A stretch of DNA of 64,000 bases from Octopus vulgaris. Its lineage: Eukaryota. The notes below the pieces were generated by a model. The model was not told the DNA's origin. It worked only from the letters and a program-made list of their open reading frames with translations, and did no database searches. Made by a program: the position numbers and the translations under genes. The stretch lies in NCBI GenBank assembly GCA_951406725.2, contig OX597822.1:101432001-101496000 (forward strand), given 5' to 3'. Within the stretch, counting starts at the first letter, position 1. Every line of letters begins with the position of its first letter. This document shows, in pieces, positions 1 to 12,809 of the stretch.

Positions 1-59
1 TAATCGACCCCGAAAGGATGAAAGTCGAAGTTGACCTCGGCGGAGTAAGACATGATATT

Positions 60-237
60 GGTTTTAAATTTTGTCGGAAGGTCAACAACTCCTGGGGAAG
101 GGTTATGTCGATAGCCTCGACCTCAGTGTTTAACTGATACGTAATTTATCAACCTCGAAAGGATGAAAGGAAAGTCGACCGCCACAGAATTTGAACTCAA
201 AACGAACAGGCCGCTGAAAAGCCGCTATGCATTTTGT
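60..237 (-). mobile_element. Degenerate SINE, family N (Nin/Deu-like core)
   Basis: Contains the reverse complement of CTTTCATCCTTTCGAGGTTGATAAATT, matching the family N copy at 4084. A further fragment lies at 1-47. Confidence 0.65.
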
Positions 238-256
238 CCCGTTTGCAGTATATATA

Positions 257-638
257 GGAGCACTCCGTCGGTTGCGACGATGAGGGTCCCAGCTGATACG
301 ATCAACGGAACAGCTTGCTCGTGATATTAACGTGCAAGTGGCTGAGCACCCCACTGACACGTGTACCCTTAACGTAGTTCTCGAGGAGATTCAGCGTGAC
401 ACAGAGTGTGACAAGGCTGGCCCCTTTGAAATACAGGTACAAGAGAAACAGGAAGTAAGAGTGAGAGAAAGTTGTGGTGAAAGAGTACAGCAGGGTTCAG
501 CACCACCCCCTGCTGGAGCCTCGTGGAGCTTTAGGTTTTTTCGCTCAATAAACACTCACAACGCCCGGTCTGGGAATCGAAACCGCGATCCTCCGACCGC
601 GAGTCCGCTGCCCTAACCACTGGGCCATTGCGCCTCCA
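257..638 (-). mobile_element. tRNA-derived SINE, head A + tail X
   Basis: Minus strand starts GGAGGCGCAATGGCCCAGTGGTTAGG (A box) and has GGTTTCGATTCC (B box). TSD CCCGTTTGCAGTA on both sides. Near-identical to the copies at 5164 and 14044. Confidence 0.9.
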
Positions 639-1039
639 CCCCGTTTGCAGTAAGAATACTATTACGCGATAAATGTGGAACGTGTCGTCTATTCTGAAGT
701 GGCAAGATTGAACTCGATTCTTGGTTAGACATGTTTCGCTTGAATCCTTTCGTTAACAATTTACAAGATAAAGTCATTACCTTTTGTCCTCTGTGGCAAG
801 AAATAACTTTTCCAGGTTTGGTAAAATAGCCTAAAATTATTTAAAACAAAACGAAGTTATTAAAGACATTGAGTCGAGACACATCCTCTGTGGCCAAAAT
901 CTAGCACATCGTATCTTTGTCGCCGAAGGCTACATTTGATAAACATTACGTGAATCTAATAATGTATGTGAGGCTTTTGCCGGACTTAGTTGATATTAGT
1001 AAGTGATAAAATCATTTTCAATGTATGTGTTTGTGGGCG

Positions 1040-1040
<1 letters not shown>

Positions 1041-1098
<58 letters not shown>

Positions 1099-1184
1099 CA
1101 TACATGCATACATGCATACATACATACATACATACATACATACATACATACATACAAACATATATACATACATACATACATACA
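1041..1184. repeat. (TA)n/(CATA)n compound microsatellite
   Basis: Direct sequence; source of the YI/HT ORFs. Confidence 0.95.
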
Positions 1185-1579
1185 CGGCTTTGTGAGCTAC
1201 GGATCTATTACTGAAGATCGGAATGGACAAATAAATATCAAATAAACAGAAATCCTCTCATAAGCCATGGGGACCAAAATCAGAATAGTGTCGATACTCG
1301 ATACTTTTAAAATTCAAGAATCATATTTGTTATGTCGCACGTTCGGATGCCTCTACTCCTCTGCTCTAATGAGCTCTTACGTCTAGACCTCTCCCTCTAT
1401 ATCTACGTATTGGGCTAGCCTACTTCATCGTCTGGGGGCGTCCACACAACAATATTATTGCTCTCTTTCGACCAGTGATACTGAATATCACTGAAGTGGT
1501 GGATATACAAAGACAAAATGCAGAGGACAACACAGAAATGAAATGGAAATGTGCAACAATCACAGTAGCTGAGATACAT

Positions 1580-2320
1580 ACAATGGCCTACGATGATTTT
1601 TAGCCACCCAAAATTTTTGAGACTTCATAATTAGTAAAAATATTTCCTGCATTCTATATTGAATTTTCTCTTATCTTGAGCAGATTAATGGATTTTTCAA
1701 ATGATATTTCATACTGAAAGTTAAAGAAAGCGCAGAAATTAGCGAGTTCAAAGAGGGCAAATAATAAGCTGAACAGAGAAATAGCAAAGTTTTTAAAATA
1801 AATCATCAGACCGTTAATAGTATTGTCAAACGGTTTTAGATAGAGAAAAGAGGGACCTGAAGAGGGAAAATCCAGAAACCGCTGTCTTCCTTCTCGAGCC
1901 ACGCCTGGTTTCCTTGGCGTATAGGTTCCCCACCTGGACGGGACGCCGGTCCGTCGCAGGTGAGCTGCAAGATTCAGGAGGAAAGAATGAGAGAAAGTTA
2001 TGGGCAAAAGAGTCAGCAGAAGTTCGCCATTACCTTCTGCCGGAGCCGCGTGGAGCTTAGGTGTTTCACTCATAAACACACACATTGCCCGGTCTGAGAT
2101 TCGAACCCGCGATCCCTCGACCGCGAGTCCACTGCTCTAACCACTAGGCCATGTGTCTCCACAAACCGCTGTCTTAGTATCAGAGAAGTCGCAAACAACG
2201 TGGAAATGTTGCTATACTCTGTAAGAAAAGTTTTAAAAGAACTAGGATATGGAAGAGGTATTTCAAGAAGGAAACCGTTGATTTCAGATATCAACGAAGG
2301 GTTAAAGTATGACTGGCCGA
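1580..2320 (+). mobile_element. Tc1-family transposase 5' relic interrupted by a SINE
   Basis: Degenerate translation resembles the Tc1 paired HTH region: EIAKFLK..HQTVNSIVKRF, then SIREVANNV...VRKVLKELGYGRGISRRKPLIS. A TIR-like sequence begins near 1580. Confidence 0.55.
1889..2162 (-). mobile_element. tRNA-derived SINE, head A + tail Y
   Basis: A box TGGCCTAGTGG and B box GGTTCGAATC. Tail CTGCGACGGACCGGCGTCCCGTCCAGG. Perfect 13-bp TSD AAACCGCTGTCTT at 1876-1888 and 2163-2175. Confidence 0.9.
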
Positions 2321-2855
2321 GGAAAATATATATATATTTACATTCATAAATATGTGAATGTGGTAGTTATTCGACAAGGCTCAGAAAAAACAACACTTAA
2401 CGAGTAATAGTGCGAAAAGGAGGAAAAAAACCTTCATCTCAAACTGAGAGAAAAAACATGAAGAACGTCTCCCTCTCTGTCTTGTCTATCCGTCTGTCCG
2501 TCTCTCTGTCTATATACATACAGACAGACATACGTACATGCGTACATGTATGTATGTATGTATGTATATATGTATGTATGTATATATGTATGTATATATG
2601 TATGGGTAGAACAAGGTAGACATCTTACAAGATAGTAATCAATAGTTATTATGTGAAATAAGTGTAGACTTTTTATATCTAAGTCCATCTAGTTTATACA
2701 AACGTAATAAATGAAAAAATAAACGGAGAATGTAAAAGACATAGCAAAAACAAAACAAAAAAAAGACGTAAACGACAAGCGACAAAATAGAACATTGCAA
2801 TAGCTATATGAATACACGTATGTGTGTGTGTGTATGCAAATATGTCTCTGTGTGC

Positions 2856-2857
<2 letters not shown>

Positions 2858-2910
<53 letters not shown>

Positions 2911-2969
2911 AAGAAGAAGAAGAAGAAGAAGAAGAAGAAGAAGAAGAAGAAGAAGAAGAAGAAGAAGAA
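2858..2969. repeat. (GA)n-(GACA)n-(GAA)n microsatellite
   Basis: Direct sequence. Confidence 0.95.
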
Positions 2970-3784
2970 AATAATCTATCCTATTTTGGGACAAGTACTT
3001 TATTTATCGACCCCGGAAGGATATAATAAAAAGGTGACATCATTGGAACTCGATCCCAGGAACACGACCCGCAAGGAACTTGATCCGCAAATTCTTCGAA
3101 TTATATTACCTAAACTACGGTAGACTAAAAGAAACAATTGAGCCAGAGTGCCAAACTAAATGTATTCCGTTTTTTTATAATCGCAGCTATGTACGTTCTG
3201 AGTTTAAATAGTGCTGGAATAAACTATAATTTTCATCCACCAGGTCAATAACTTAATTATCAGAAATATACTTCTTTTCTCTTCAAATGATTATAGATGC
3301 ACTTTATTCTTTGCTCGTATTGCTACGAATAAAGGCATCATGCACGCTAAATAATCGAACTTTTCACTCTATAAATGCATAGAATTTTTATGCTGATATA
3401 AACTTATTTTCCCAAACGATGTTTTGGCAAAATCATTAGATCTTTAGAGACAATATTTTACTGTATTTATTCAGTCTGTTTGAACCCTAAATCCAAACCT
3501 TGCAGAAGTCATCTTTAAAATTTATCTCTCCCAAAAGTGTAATTGGTTGGATGATATCGACTAACACCTCTCTCATATTTCCAGACTTGTGTCTAAGCTT
3601 GGAACAGTTACCTTCTCTGTCCGTGACATTGACAATGAATGAGGCCAAGAACAAACACTGCATCGCAAAAGGCAATGATTTCAAGCCTGTTTTTGTTTCT
3701 GGGTTCTATATTTCCTTTTCCCGCTTTTTCCCTATTTTCACCTGTGTATGTCTGTCTGTGTGTGTGTGTCTGCGTTCGTACGTG

Positions 3785-4050
3785 CGCGTGTATAATTTCT
3801 ACGATTTCACTAGTCCCAATTCCTGGCCCCCTAATCTCCCTGATTGCGATTACTTTGTGTGAGAATCGGTTTAGAAAGACACCAACCGCCGTGTCTGAAA
3901 AACCAACCGCCGTGTCTGAAAAACCAACGCCGAACTGGTTATCAAGATCAAGGAAGCGATCGGAGATCTTCCCAGGGACAAAATGCGGAACGTGTGCGCC
4001 AGTTTCCGCAGCCGTCTCGAAGCCGTGGCGGAAGTTGAGGGCGGATACTA
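3785..4050 (+). mobile_element. Tc1/mariner-superfamily transposase C-terminal relic (DD37D/maT-like)
   Basis: NFYDFTSPNSWPPNLPDCDYFV resembles WPPNSPDLNPLDYxVW. It is followed by ELVIKIKEAIGDLPRDKMRNVCASFRSRLEAVAEVEGGY. Confidence 0.7.
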
Positions 4051-4083
4051 GTCATAATCTAGTTAATACTTTTTGAGATCTTA

Positions 4084-4490
4084 AGGCGGCGAGCTGGCAG
4101 AAACGTTAGCACGCCGGGTGAAATGCTTAGCGACATTTCGTCTGTCTTAACGTTCTGAGTTCAAATTCCGCCGAGGTCAACTTTACCTTTCATCCTTTCG
4201 GGGTCGATAAATTAAGTACCAGTTACGCACTGGGGTCGATGTAATCGACTTAATCCATTTGTCTGTCCTCGTTTGTCCTTTCTTTGTTTAGCCTCTTGTG
4301 GGCAATAAAGAAACAGATATTTCGTCTGTCTTTACGTTCTGAGTTCAAATTCCGCCGAGGTCAACTTTACCTTTCATCCTTTCCGGGTCGATAAATTAAG
4401 TACCAGTTGCGTACTGGAGTCGATCTAATCGACTGGCTCCCCCCTCCCCCAAACTTTCTGGCCTTGTGCCTATAGTAGAAAAGAATATTT
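4084..4490 (+). mobile_element. SINE family N, full copy plus tandem partial copy with a different tail
   Basis: GGCGGCGAGCTGGCAGAAACGTTAG ... GAGTTCAAATTCC (B box) ... CTTTCATCCTTTCGGGGTCGATAAATTAAGTACCAG core. The first tail ends GCAATAAAGAAA and the second ends GGCCTTGTGCCTATAGTAGAAAAG. Confidence 0.85.
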
Positions 4491-5163
4491 AGAATATTTG
4501 TTATGCCTGGTCAGTGAATGACCATTAGTTTCGCACTAACAAGGTGATTCACCAGACCCAAACCTAACGAGTCGCCTATACAGCTAAGTGCCTTATAGGT
4601 GTAAAATCAATGGGCACTCTCCGACCAGTCATTACAAAACCTTCCAAATATATTTATATATATATATGGTGTGTGTGTGTATCATGTCTCGAGATATGTA
4701 TGTGTGTGTGTGTATTTGTGGTTGTTGTTGCTTTGTTGTCGATTTTTATATCCGGAGCAAACTTCGACTCGTATAATACTGTAACCTCTCAAACTTTTCT
4801 GTTGACACTACAGTGGTCTCTGTTCCTCGTGGTTGGCTGGTCTTGAACCATCTTCACCCAAGTACTCTCGCCTCATCCCTTCTCTCCTCGACACCCATAA
4901 ACTGTCCATCCTATAACCTCATTCACTTCACTAATCACTGCACCCAACCCTTTTTTCCCCAGAGTTTTTCTCGCATGAAGATATTTTTCGTACCCGTGTT
5001 TTCCTTGCGGCTGTTGATTTGCAACTATTCAAAAAAAAAAAAAAATCATTAATTACATCCAAAACCTTGACCTCAGATTCCTGCGACGGCTGTGGGCATA
5101 ATCATCTGCTTCAGATCAAAACCAATAAGAATAAACAAATAAATCAATAATACGTGGATATCT

Positions 5164-5547
5164 GGAAGCACTCCGTCGGTTACGACGACGAGGGTTCCGG
5201 TTGATCCGAATCAACGGAACAGCCTGCTCGTGAAATTAACGTGTAAGTGGCTGAGCACTTCACAGACACGTGTACCCTTAACGTAGTTCTCGGGGATATT
5301 CAGCGTGACACAGAGAGTGACAAGGCTGGCCCTTTGAAATACAAGGTACAACAGAAACAGGAAGTAAGAGTGAGAGAAAGTTGTGGTGAAAGAGTACAGC
5401 AGGGATCACCACCATCCCCTGCCGGAGCCTCGTGGAGCTTTTAGGTGTTTTCGCTCAATAAACACTCACAACGCCCGGTCTGGGAATCGAAACCGCGATC
5501 CTATGACCGCGAGTCCGCTGCCCTAACCACTGGGTCATTGCGCCTCC
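5164..5547 (-). mobile_element. tRNA-derived SINE, head A + tail X
   Basis: Same sequence family as 257-638; TSD ACGTGGATATCT. Confidence 0.9.
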
Positions 5548-7334
5548 ACGTGGATATCTACAATTGTAAGAAATCGTTTTTATCAGTCCCTTGGAACGTG
5601 ATGATCTGTAGAACCGAAACCTAAATGCTTTAGTTTGTATGTCGCGACTCGTTGACTTCAAATAAAGTCGTGTTTGGTTTCACGTTTGAAGTTTGACTAG
5701 TCATAATCATCATCTGGATTTAAACCAATCAATTAGCTGTGCAAAAAGAATTCATTAGAATTGTCTCCTGCATCCCTACCTCTTTCTCACTCACACCCCC
5801 CCCGCTCTCTCTCTCGCTTGCATGCGCTCGACTTCTCGTGGATATAGCTAATTACTTTACCTCTAATTATTATAATTGTTGCCTTAGTCGATTCGTTTGT
5901 TTTCATTACAGTCAATCTATGAAGTCGTATAATGGTGGTGAATGCTCTACAAAACGTACTCCTACAGTGTTGCATTACATTAAGTGCGTTGTTTTGTTGT
6001 AATATCCCTTTACTTTCTCAGTTCAAATCCCAGTGGGCTCAACCTTTCAACTGCCTCAGGTTCATTGAAATTTGTATTACTTCAGTATTAAGGCTTGATT
6101 TGTACATTATAGAAATATTACTAACAAAAACAATAGAAGAAAAGTGAACTTGTACGATATTAACAAAAGAACTGTAACAGCAACTGCTTTTGTTAATATT
6201 TCAAGTCAAATGGAATGTCAGAAGTCAACGATCAGGAGTCCCTGCCACTGCGCAGACGGTGAAAGAAGGTTAGTGGTAGCAAGGTGTAGGAGTGATGTAC
6301 AGAACAAGGAGAACTAACCTGTCTGACCTCTGTTCTGTTAGATGAAGCTTTGAAATGTCTTATTTTCTAGAATATGCTCTTTTATGTCATGTTGCTCATT
6401 TTCCTCCTCCTGACCTGTAATAGGTTTTGTGAGTTATGGACTGCAACTTTTAAATTGGGGTTGCTGCCACGATAAACAATTCACATGCAGATTGGTGTAC
6501 GTTTTGAACTGTCTTTTATTCGTTGCCACTCCAGATTATGAGCCTTATAAATGTTCTTTGCCTAATTTCAATAGGATTGCTTGTGGCAAAGCAGTGAATA
6601 AAGTGAAAAAATTATTTGTTATTATTGATTTTGTTGTCCTTTTATTGCTACAGATTATAGTTTGTTACCGTTACTGTTGCATTTTCGACCACAGACCCAT
6701 TAGATATTTTTTATCACTACATGCGAATAATATCCTCGTTCTTCTCACCGCTGTGAGCATTGAATTCTTCGACCATAGATATCTTGTGGTGAAGGTATTT
6801 AGAATTAATACCCTTCCTGCAGACAACCTCGTCTCAATATTCTCGAACTGCAGTTTCATCTTCAGAAAACTGTTGCATTGCCCGAGCAATTATTCACCAC
6901 TTTTTCCAAATCTTTTATAACGATAGCAACAAACAAAGACCCTACTGTTTTCAAAAGGCGCGTACAGCGTAGCGACTTTTCCTAAAAGTACATTTGTGGC
7001 CGAATTTTTTAATATCGCTGAAATCTCGTCTAAGCGAGATTATAAATCGTTTTGTGTGCGAGGCATCTGGAAATGTGGAACATAATCATTTGTTCTTTGT
7101 TTCGCTACAGATCTTTTCTGTTGGGAATAATTTTCATTGTTTCATGCTAGTTTATAGCCGTTCCTTTTGCATTTACGGCTTTTTTGTTACTGTCGGAATG
7201 CATGTGTGTATTTAATCGTAGATAAAATGCTTGTCATCATTACCTCTCTATTTTGTTGCTATTTTTACTGTTTATTTTGGCGCCTGAATACTCTCCTCTC
7301 CTTACTACAATCATTATTGTAGTAGTTGTTGCTT

Positions 7335-7530
7335 CGCCTAAAGTCAGCCATGATTGAATAGAGATAGATTCAAAGGCATTCCGCCATGACCAATCCACCT
7401 TTTCTGTTTCAAACGTGATGCATTATGCAATGTATCCTATCTTTTAAAAGATATTAAGGAGTAACTTACGAATAGTTTGGTTACTATTACAAGCAGTTCA
7501 TTCGACCACGTAAATGTCCCCTAGTTCCTC
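7335..7530 (-). repeat. Degenerate interspersed repeat (SINE-like)
   Basis: GTCAGCCATGATTGA...CAAAGGCATTCC motif beside a (GTT/GTA) tail. Recalled as a cephalopod repeat; only one copy in the window. Confidence 0.3.
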
Positions 7531-8200
7531 TTATTCCTGTACTTGTTATTGTTATTCATGCTTGACGAGAACAACATTCAAAGATAGGGGTGATAATTTC
7601 AAGAAATTTCATATTCATTTCTACTGGTTAATTTACATATTCAAGGTAAGATTAGTCTGACCTTTCAAAGGAACGGGAAATTTTGGACAGGGTAGATCTG
7701 CATTCAGGATTTACATGTAGAAAGTATAATTTTACCAGGGCAAAAGTTGATTTTATTTCATAAGAACTTTAAAATATGATGTGCAGTGGCCATGCTTAGC
7801 ATTATTATATAACGGTCGTTAGTGGAGAGAAATAAGCGTCAGAAGGGATTTGAACCAGGAACTTGTCTCTTGCTCTGCAGCACCCGTGATTATAATGATT
7901 TCTGTGTGGAAAAAATCTCCAAAACTTGAAGAAATCTACTTTCGTCGATTAAGTCGATCTCAAGAAATATGTGGGTACTTCTATAATTGTGCTATAGCAT
8001 GGACGTGTGACAGCGAGCTGCCGGGAAGATAGATCAAATCTGAAACCATCAAGAAGTAGGAATTAAGAATCCTCAAAAACAATGAGAGAAAACTATGTCT
8101 TATTGTAAGCCATCTGAGGAAACTTAAGGAGTTTTCTTATATGGAGTATATAGATGCAAAAAAATAGACTCCCCCTGATCCAACGCCACAGTAACATATT

Positions 8201-8614
8201 CTTTTTTCTTTTTCTTTTACTTGTTTCAGTCATTTGACTGCGGCCATGCCGGAGCACCGCCTTTAATCGAGCAACTCGACCCCAGGACTTATTCTTTTGT
8301 AAGCCCAGTACTTATTCTATCGGTCTCTTTTGCCGAACCGCTAAGTAACGGGGACGTAAACACACCAGCATCGGTTGTCAAGCAATGCTAGGGGGACAAA
8401 CACAGACACACAAACACACACACACACACACATATATATATACATATATACGATGGGCTTCTTTCAGTTTCCGTCTACCAAATCCACTCACAAGGCTTTG
8501 GTCGGCCCGAGGCTATAGTAGAAGACACTTGCCCAAGGTGCCACGCAGTGGGACTGAACCCGGAACCATGTGGTTGGTAAACAAGCTACTTACCACAAAG
8601 CCACTCCTACGCCT
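8201..8614 (-). mobile_element. tRNA-derived SINE family C (CR1-type tail, internal microsatellite)
   Basis: Head AGGCGTAGGAGTGGCTTTGTGGTAAG...GGTTCAGTCC, a central (TA)(TG) tract, and tail ...GCCGCAGTCAAATGACTGAAACAAGTAAAAG. About 10 copies in the window. Confidence 0.9.
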
Positions 8615-8889
8615 GTGTGTAAAAATGTAAACACATGGACTGAAATTTTTCTATACGAAAACTGCAAACCTGTGAGTAAAATTTTAATTTTTAATTCCAT
8701 CTACATCCATACTTATACAAGACCTCTCTCTATATGCACATTGCTGTTTCTTCTCCGTCTCTCGCTGATACATCAATAATAATTATAACTACGAAAGAAA
8801 CATCAACACGCGTTTATGGGCGGTTTTCAGTCAAAAAGTAAACGTGCTAACTATTCTACCAGCTTGCCGCCTTCATAATATTAATAATA

Positions 8890-9051
8890 ATCATTTCTAC
8901 TCGAGGCACAAAGCCTCAAATTCGAAGGGAGGGGACCAATCGAATATATTGACCTCAGTGTTTCACTGGTATTTAACTTATCGAACCCGAAAGTATGAAA
9001 GACAATGTCGACATAGGCGGAATTTTAATTCAGATCGTAGCGGCAGACGAA
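8890..9051 (-). mobile_element. Degenerate SINE family N
   Basis: Diverged match to the family N core. Confidence 0.55.
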
Positions 9052-11625
9052 ATAGGAAAGTAGATCCTGTTATCAGTAGGACAGATACTAAAAATATAGG
9101 AAACGCTAACTTATTGATCTATGCAGGAGGATCTGTAGTCACTAGAAGATTAGATATCTCACAGGAAAAGATTTAAAAAGAGCAAATGTGGAAAAGGAGG
9201 CTACAAAATAATGTGAAGACTTTAAGACAAGATCTGAGTAGAAACCTGGACACTGAACAAATTAGGAAACACAAGATGCAAATCTTCCCTTGAAAAAAGA
9301 TACTTAGTCAAAGAAATAGGACTTGGGTCAGTAACAGAAGAGTTGAAACAGCGTATCATAGCAGTACAGGCAAGCTCTCCATATATCAGAAAAGAATAAA
9401 TCAGTATCAACAGAGTACATTATTTGTGACATACTAGAGGAGATTTTGTGATCAAATAAATAGTGGAGAAATAAGTACTGAAGATGAGAAACCTAATGCA
9501 GAAGTAATATTGTGGAGTAATATTTGAGATTAGCCGGTCAATCATAATGGAGATGCAGTATGGTAACAGAAAGTGAGGGTAGGAATAGTGAGTGAGAAGC
9601 AGCCAGATCTTAGACTAGCTAGTGCATTAGTGAGTAAAATGTTAAGAAAAATGCCGAATTGGAAGGGCCCAGGACCAAATTGAGTTCAAGAGTACTGTCT
9701 AAAGAAATTCTGTAGTTTACATGAGAGGCTGAAGGGAAAAATTCAGGATTGCCTTAATGAAGGAATAATACCAGATTGAATGACTTGACGGTGGACAATA
9801 TTCGTTATGAAAGATAAGAGCAAGGGCAATACAGCTAGCAACTATAGACCAATCACTTACTTACCATTAGTTTGGAAACTGTTAAGAGAAATGCTTTCAG
9901 GAAGTATTTAAAGACTCCGCCGGTTACGACGACGAGGGTCCCAGCTGATACGATCAACGGAACAGCTTGCTCGTGAAATTAACGTGCAAATGGCTGAGCA
10001 TTCCACAGACACGTGTACCCTTAACGTAGTTCTCGGGGATAATCAGCGTGACACAGAGAGTGACAAGGCTGACCCTTTGAAATACAAGTACAACTCATTT
10101 TTGCCAGCTGAGTGGACTGGAGCAACGTGAAATAAAGTGTCTTGCTCAAGGACACAACGCGTCGCCGGGAATCGAACTCACAACCTTACGATCATGAGCC
10201 GAATGCCCTAACCACTAAGCCACGCGCCCTCACAGAAAGTATTTACGAGCACCTTGACAACCAAAATTTACTGCCAGAAGAACAGAAAGCTTGCAAGAAG
10301 AAGGTTACAGGAACGCATAGTCTATTATATATAGACAAAACAGTTCTAAATGAAGTAAAAGCTAGAAAGAAAAATCTAACTTTAGCATGGATAGATTATA
10401 GGAAAGCCTATGACATGATCCCACACTCATGGATAAGTGACTGTTTCAGTATAACAAACAACATAAGAGAATCAATTAGCTTTAGCATGAAGAAATGGAA
10501 AGTAGACCTCAATCTATGTGACACACTATTAGAATTTTCCGAGAGGACTCGCTGTACCCTTTGGTATTTGTCTTATGTTTGATCCCCTTCAATTTAGTAT
10601 TAAGGAAAGCAAAGGCAACGTATCAGTTCAGATATAGTAAGGGAAAAATTAACCATTTAATCCACATGTATGAACTGAAGCTTGTTAATAAGAATGAAAA
10701 AGAGATAGATTCCTTAATACAGAAAGTTTATTAAAAGCTGCTAGTCACAGCAAGACATAGGAAAACCAAAAACCCGAACGAAGTTAAAAACTAGAAAAAG
10801 GAACAGAAATTAGCTGAGTATTAGGAGAAGACGTTGCATGGTAGATTTCCAAAGATAATTGCAGCAATTAGTATTTGTGAGACATGGTCAATTGTTGCAG
10901 AAGGGAAAGCTGGAAAGGGAGTCAAACAGTTTGTTAGTAGCAACACAGAATCAAGCATTAAAGGTTAATTGGATAAAAGTCAAGACTGACAAAAACCAAG
11001 AGATTCCCAATGCAGGCTAACAAATCAAAACAGGAAAGGGTCACTCATATTAAGTGAATGCCACATACTGGAAAGAATACAAGAAAAGACATGACAACCT
11101 AGGGAGAACAATCCACTGGGAGTTAAGTAGAAAGTTATGATTTGAACATATTGATAAATGGTATGAACATGAACCAATTAAAATACTAGAAAATAAGAAA
11201 TATAAGATGTTGTGGAACTTTCACATTCAGATTGACAGAGTAATAGAAGCTAGAAGGCCTGATTTAGCAGTAGTAGATAAAGAAAATAGAAAGTGCCAGA
11301 TAACTGATTTTACAGTCCTAAACGATGAAGTATCAATATGAGAGGTAGAGAAAAAATAGCAAAGTAACCAGGACCTAGCCATTGAATTGAAGAGACTATG
11401 GAAAGTGCAGGTAAAATGTATCCATGTAGTTATAGGTGCATTGGGAACTATCCCTAAAGATTTGAACAGATAGAGGAAATGGGCATAAAAGCCAGTTTAG
11501 TTACAGCTCCAGAAAACTGTTGGGATACTTCGGAGGGTTCTTGGCATCTAAGGTTATTTTTTGTAGTCCGATGTTAGGATTTGTATTTCTTTTCCAACAG
11601 TTTATTCTGTTGTGTGTATATGAAT
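9052..11625 (+). mobile_element. R4/Dong-clade non-LTR retrotransposon (RT + RLE endonuclease), decayed, 5'-truncated
   Basis: Motifs across broken frames: NLLIYAGGSVV, NWKGPGP, NYRPIT, AWIDYRKAYDMIPHSW, EYKKRHDNLG, ARRPDLAVVDK. Many stops and frameshifts. Ends in a (TAC)n/(TAA)n array, consistent with known Dong targeting of (TAA)n. Confidence 0.85.
9911..10233 (-). mobile_element. tRNA-derived SINE, head B + tail X, nested in the R4 element
   Basis: A box TGGCTTAGTGG and B box AGTTCGATTCC. TSD AG(G/A)AAGTATTTA. Appears identical to 34668-34990. Confidence 0.9.
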
Positions 11626-11638
11626 ATACTACTACTAC

Positions 11639-11677
<39 letters not shown>

Positions 11678-11724
11678 CACCACCACCACCACCACCACAA
11701 CCACTACTACTACTACTACTGCTG

Positions 11725-11780
<56 letters not shown>

Positions 11781-11790
11781 GATGATGATG

Positions 11791-11835
<45 letters not shown>
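11625..11835. repeat. (TAC)n/(CAC)n/(GAT)n/(TAA)n trinucleotide array
   Basis: Direct sequence. Confidence 0.95.
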
Positions 11836-11836
<1 letters not shown>

Positions 11837-12053
11837 GTTTTAAATTTTGCCATGAAGGCAGCGATTTTTGGTGGGGAGGAGACGAGTCAATTACATCGAC
11901 CTCAGTATTTTACTGGTACTTAATTTATCGACTGTGAAAGGATGAAAGGCAAGGTTGACCTCGGCGGAATTAGAGCTCAGAACGTAGCGACGGGCGAAAT
12001 TTCACAAAGTATTCCATCCAGCGAGCTAACGATTCTGCCAGCTCGTCTCCTTA
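11836..12053 (-). mobile_element. SINE family N with (ATT)n-type tail
   Basis: GAAAGGATGAAAGGCAAGGTTGACCTCGGCGGAAT core; the head ends CTGCCAGCTCG on the + strand. Confidence 0.75.
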
Positions 12054-12809
12054 ACAATAGCGACGCTCATTTGAAGAGAGTGGTACGCTATAAAATTTAA
12101 ATTTCCTGCATTAAATGTCTGTGGAATAGTAAATAATTTGCAAATATCTTAACAGCAGCATTCAATCAAATACCTGAACGAGGAAGAATACTGCCAATTT
12201 AATTGTATAGCCAAGTAAGTAATGAAATTCTATGCTTGGTGTTAATATCGTTATCAACTACAGAGAATGTAAGTCAATGTCGCCTTCGCTGAGACTTCTA
12301 TTCAAAAATGTAGATAAATGCATAATATAAATAAACATTAAGAGGTAAATGTTTGCATTATAAGAAATAAGAAATTTTGAATGATTTTAGATATTTTTTA
12401 CGGTGGAATTCGATGTAGATTCAGTCATAAATACTAGGATGTAGAACGTCGATATATTAAAAAAAAACCTCTTTAATAGAAAATTCGAAGGGTGAGTGTG
12501 GGACATTTCTCGTTGAAGCGGGTGAGATTTTTTTTCAAAATGTAGAAAGACGAATAATATAAATACTGTAAATTTAGATAATCACATCATAAGAATTTAG
12601 AAACTTCGAGATATATGAAGTAAATTTTTTGATGATGGAACCCGAAGAAGATACTGCCTTAAATAATAGCGTGCAGACTATTGGGATTTTAAAAAAGAAA
12701 CTTGTATAGAAAAGAAAATGTCACGTCGAAGGCTGTGGGACTTTTATTTCTCAGCGTTCTGCACAATATCATTTATCTACTCTGAGTTCTACTGAAAAAA
12801 AGTAATCTC

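Noticed and set aside
332-616. Recurrent ORFs such as AEHxTDTCTLNVVL and MSSNARGTNTDTQ
   Set aside because: Antisense translations of SINE copies.
990-1245. YI/HT/CV/LSIY-rich ORFs here and throughout (25066-25878, 27358-27961, 36666-38966, 45505-47513)
   Set aside because: These are translations of stop-free microsatellites and the minisatellite, not genes.
3881-3930. 20-bp tandem duplication (also a 27-bp one at about 57270-57325)
   Set aside because: Ordinary slippage within dead elements.
6429-6920. 163-aa + ORF; on the minus strand MVEEFNAHSGEKNED resembles an APE endonuclease GDFNA motif
   Set aside because: The + ORF has no recognisable domain, and the minus-strand similarity is a single degenerate motif among stops. 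Possibly an old LINE, but unsupported without a profile search.
7800-8190. Possible very old RTE 3' remnant
   Set aside because: No motif could be read confidently.
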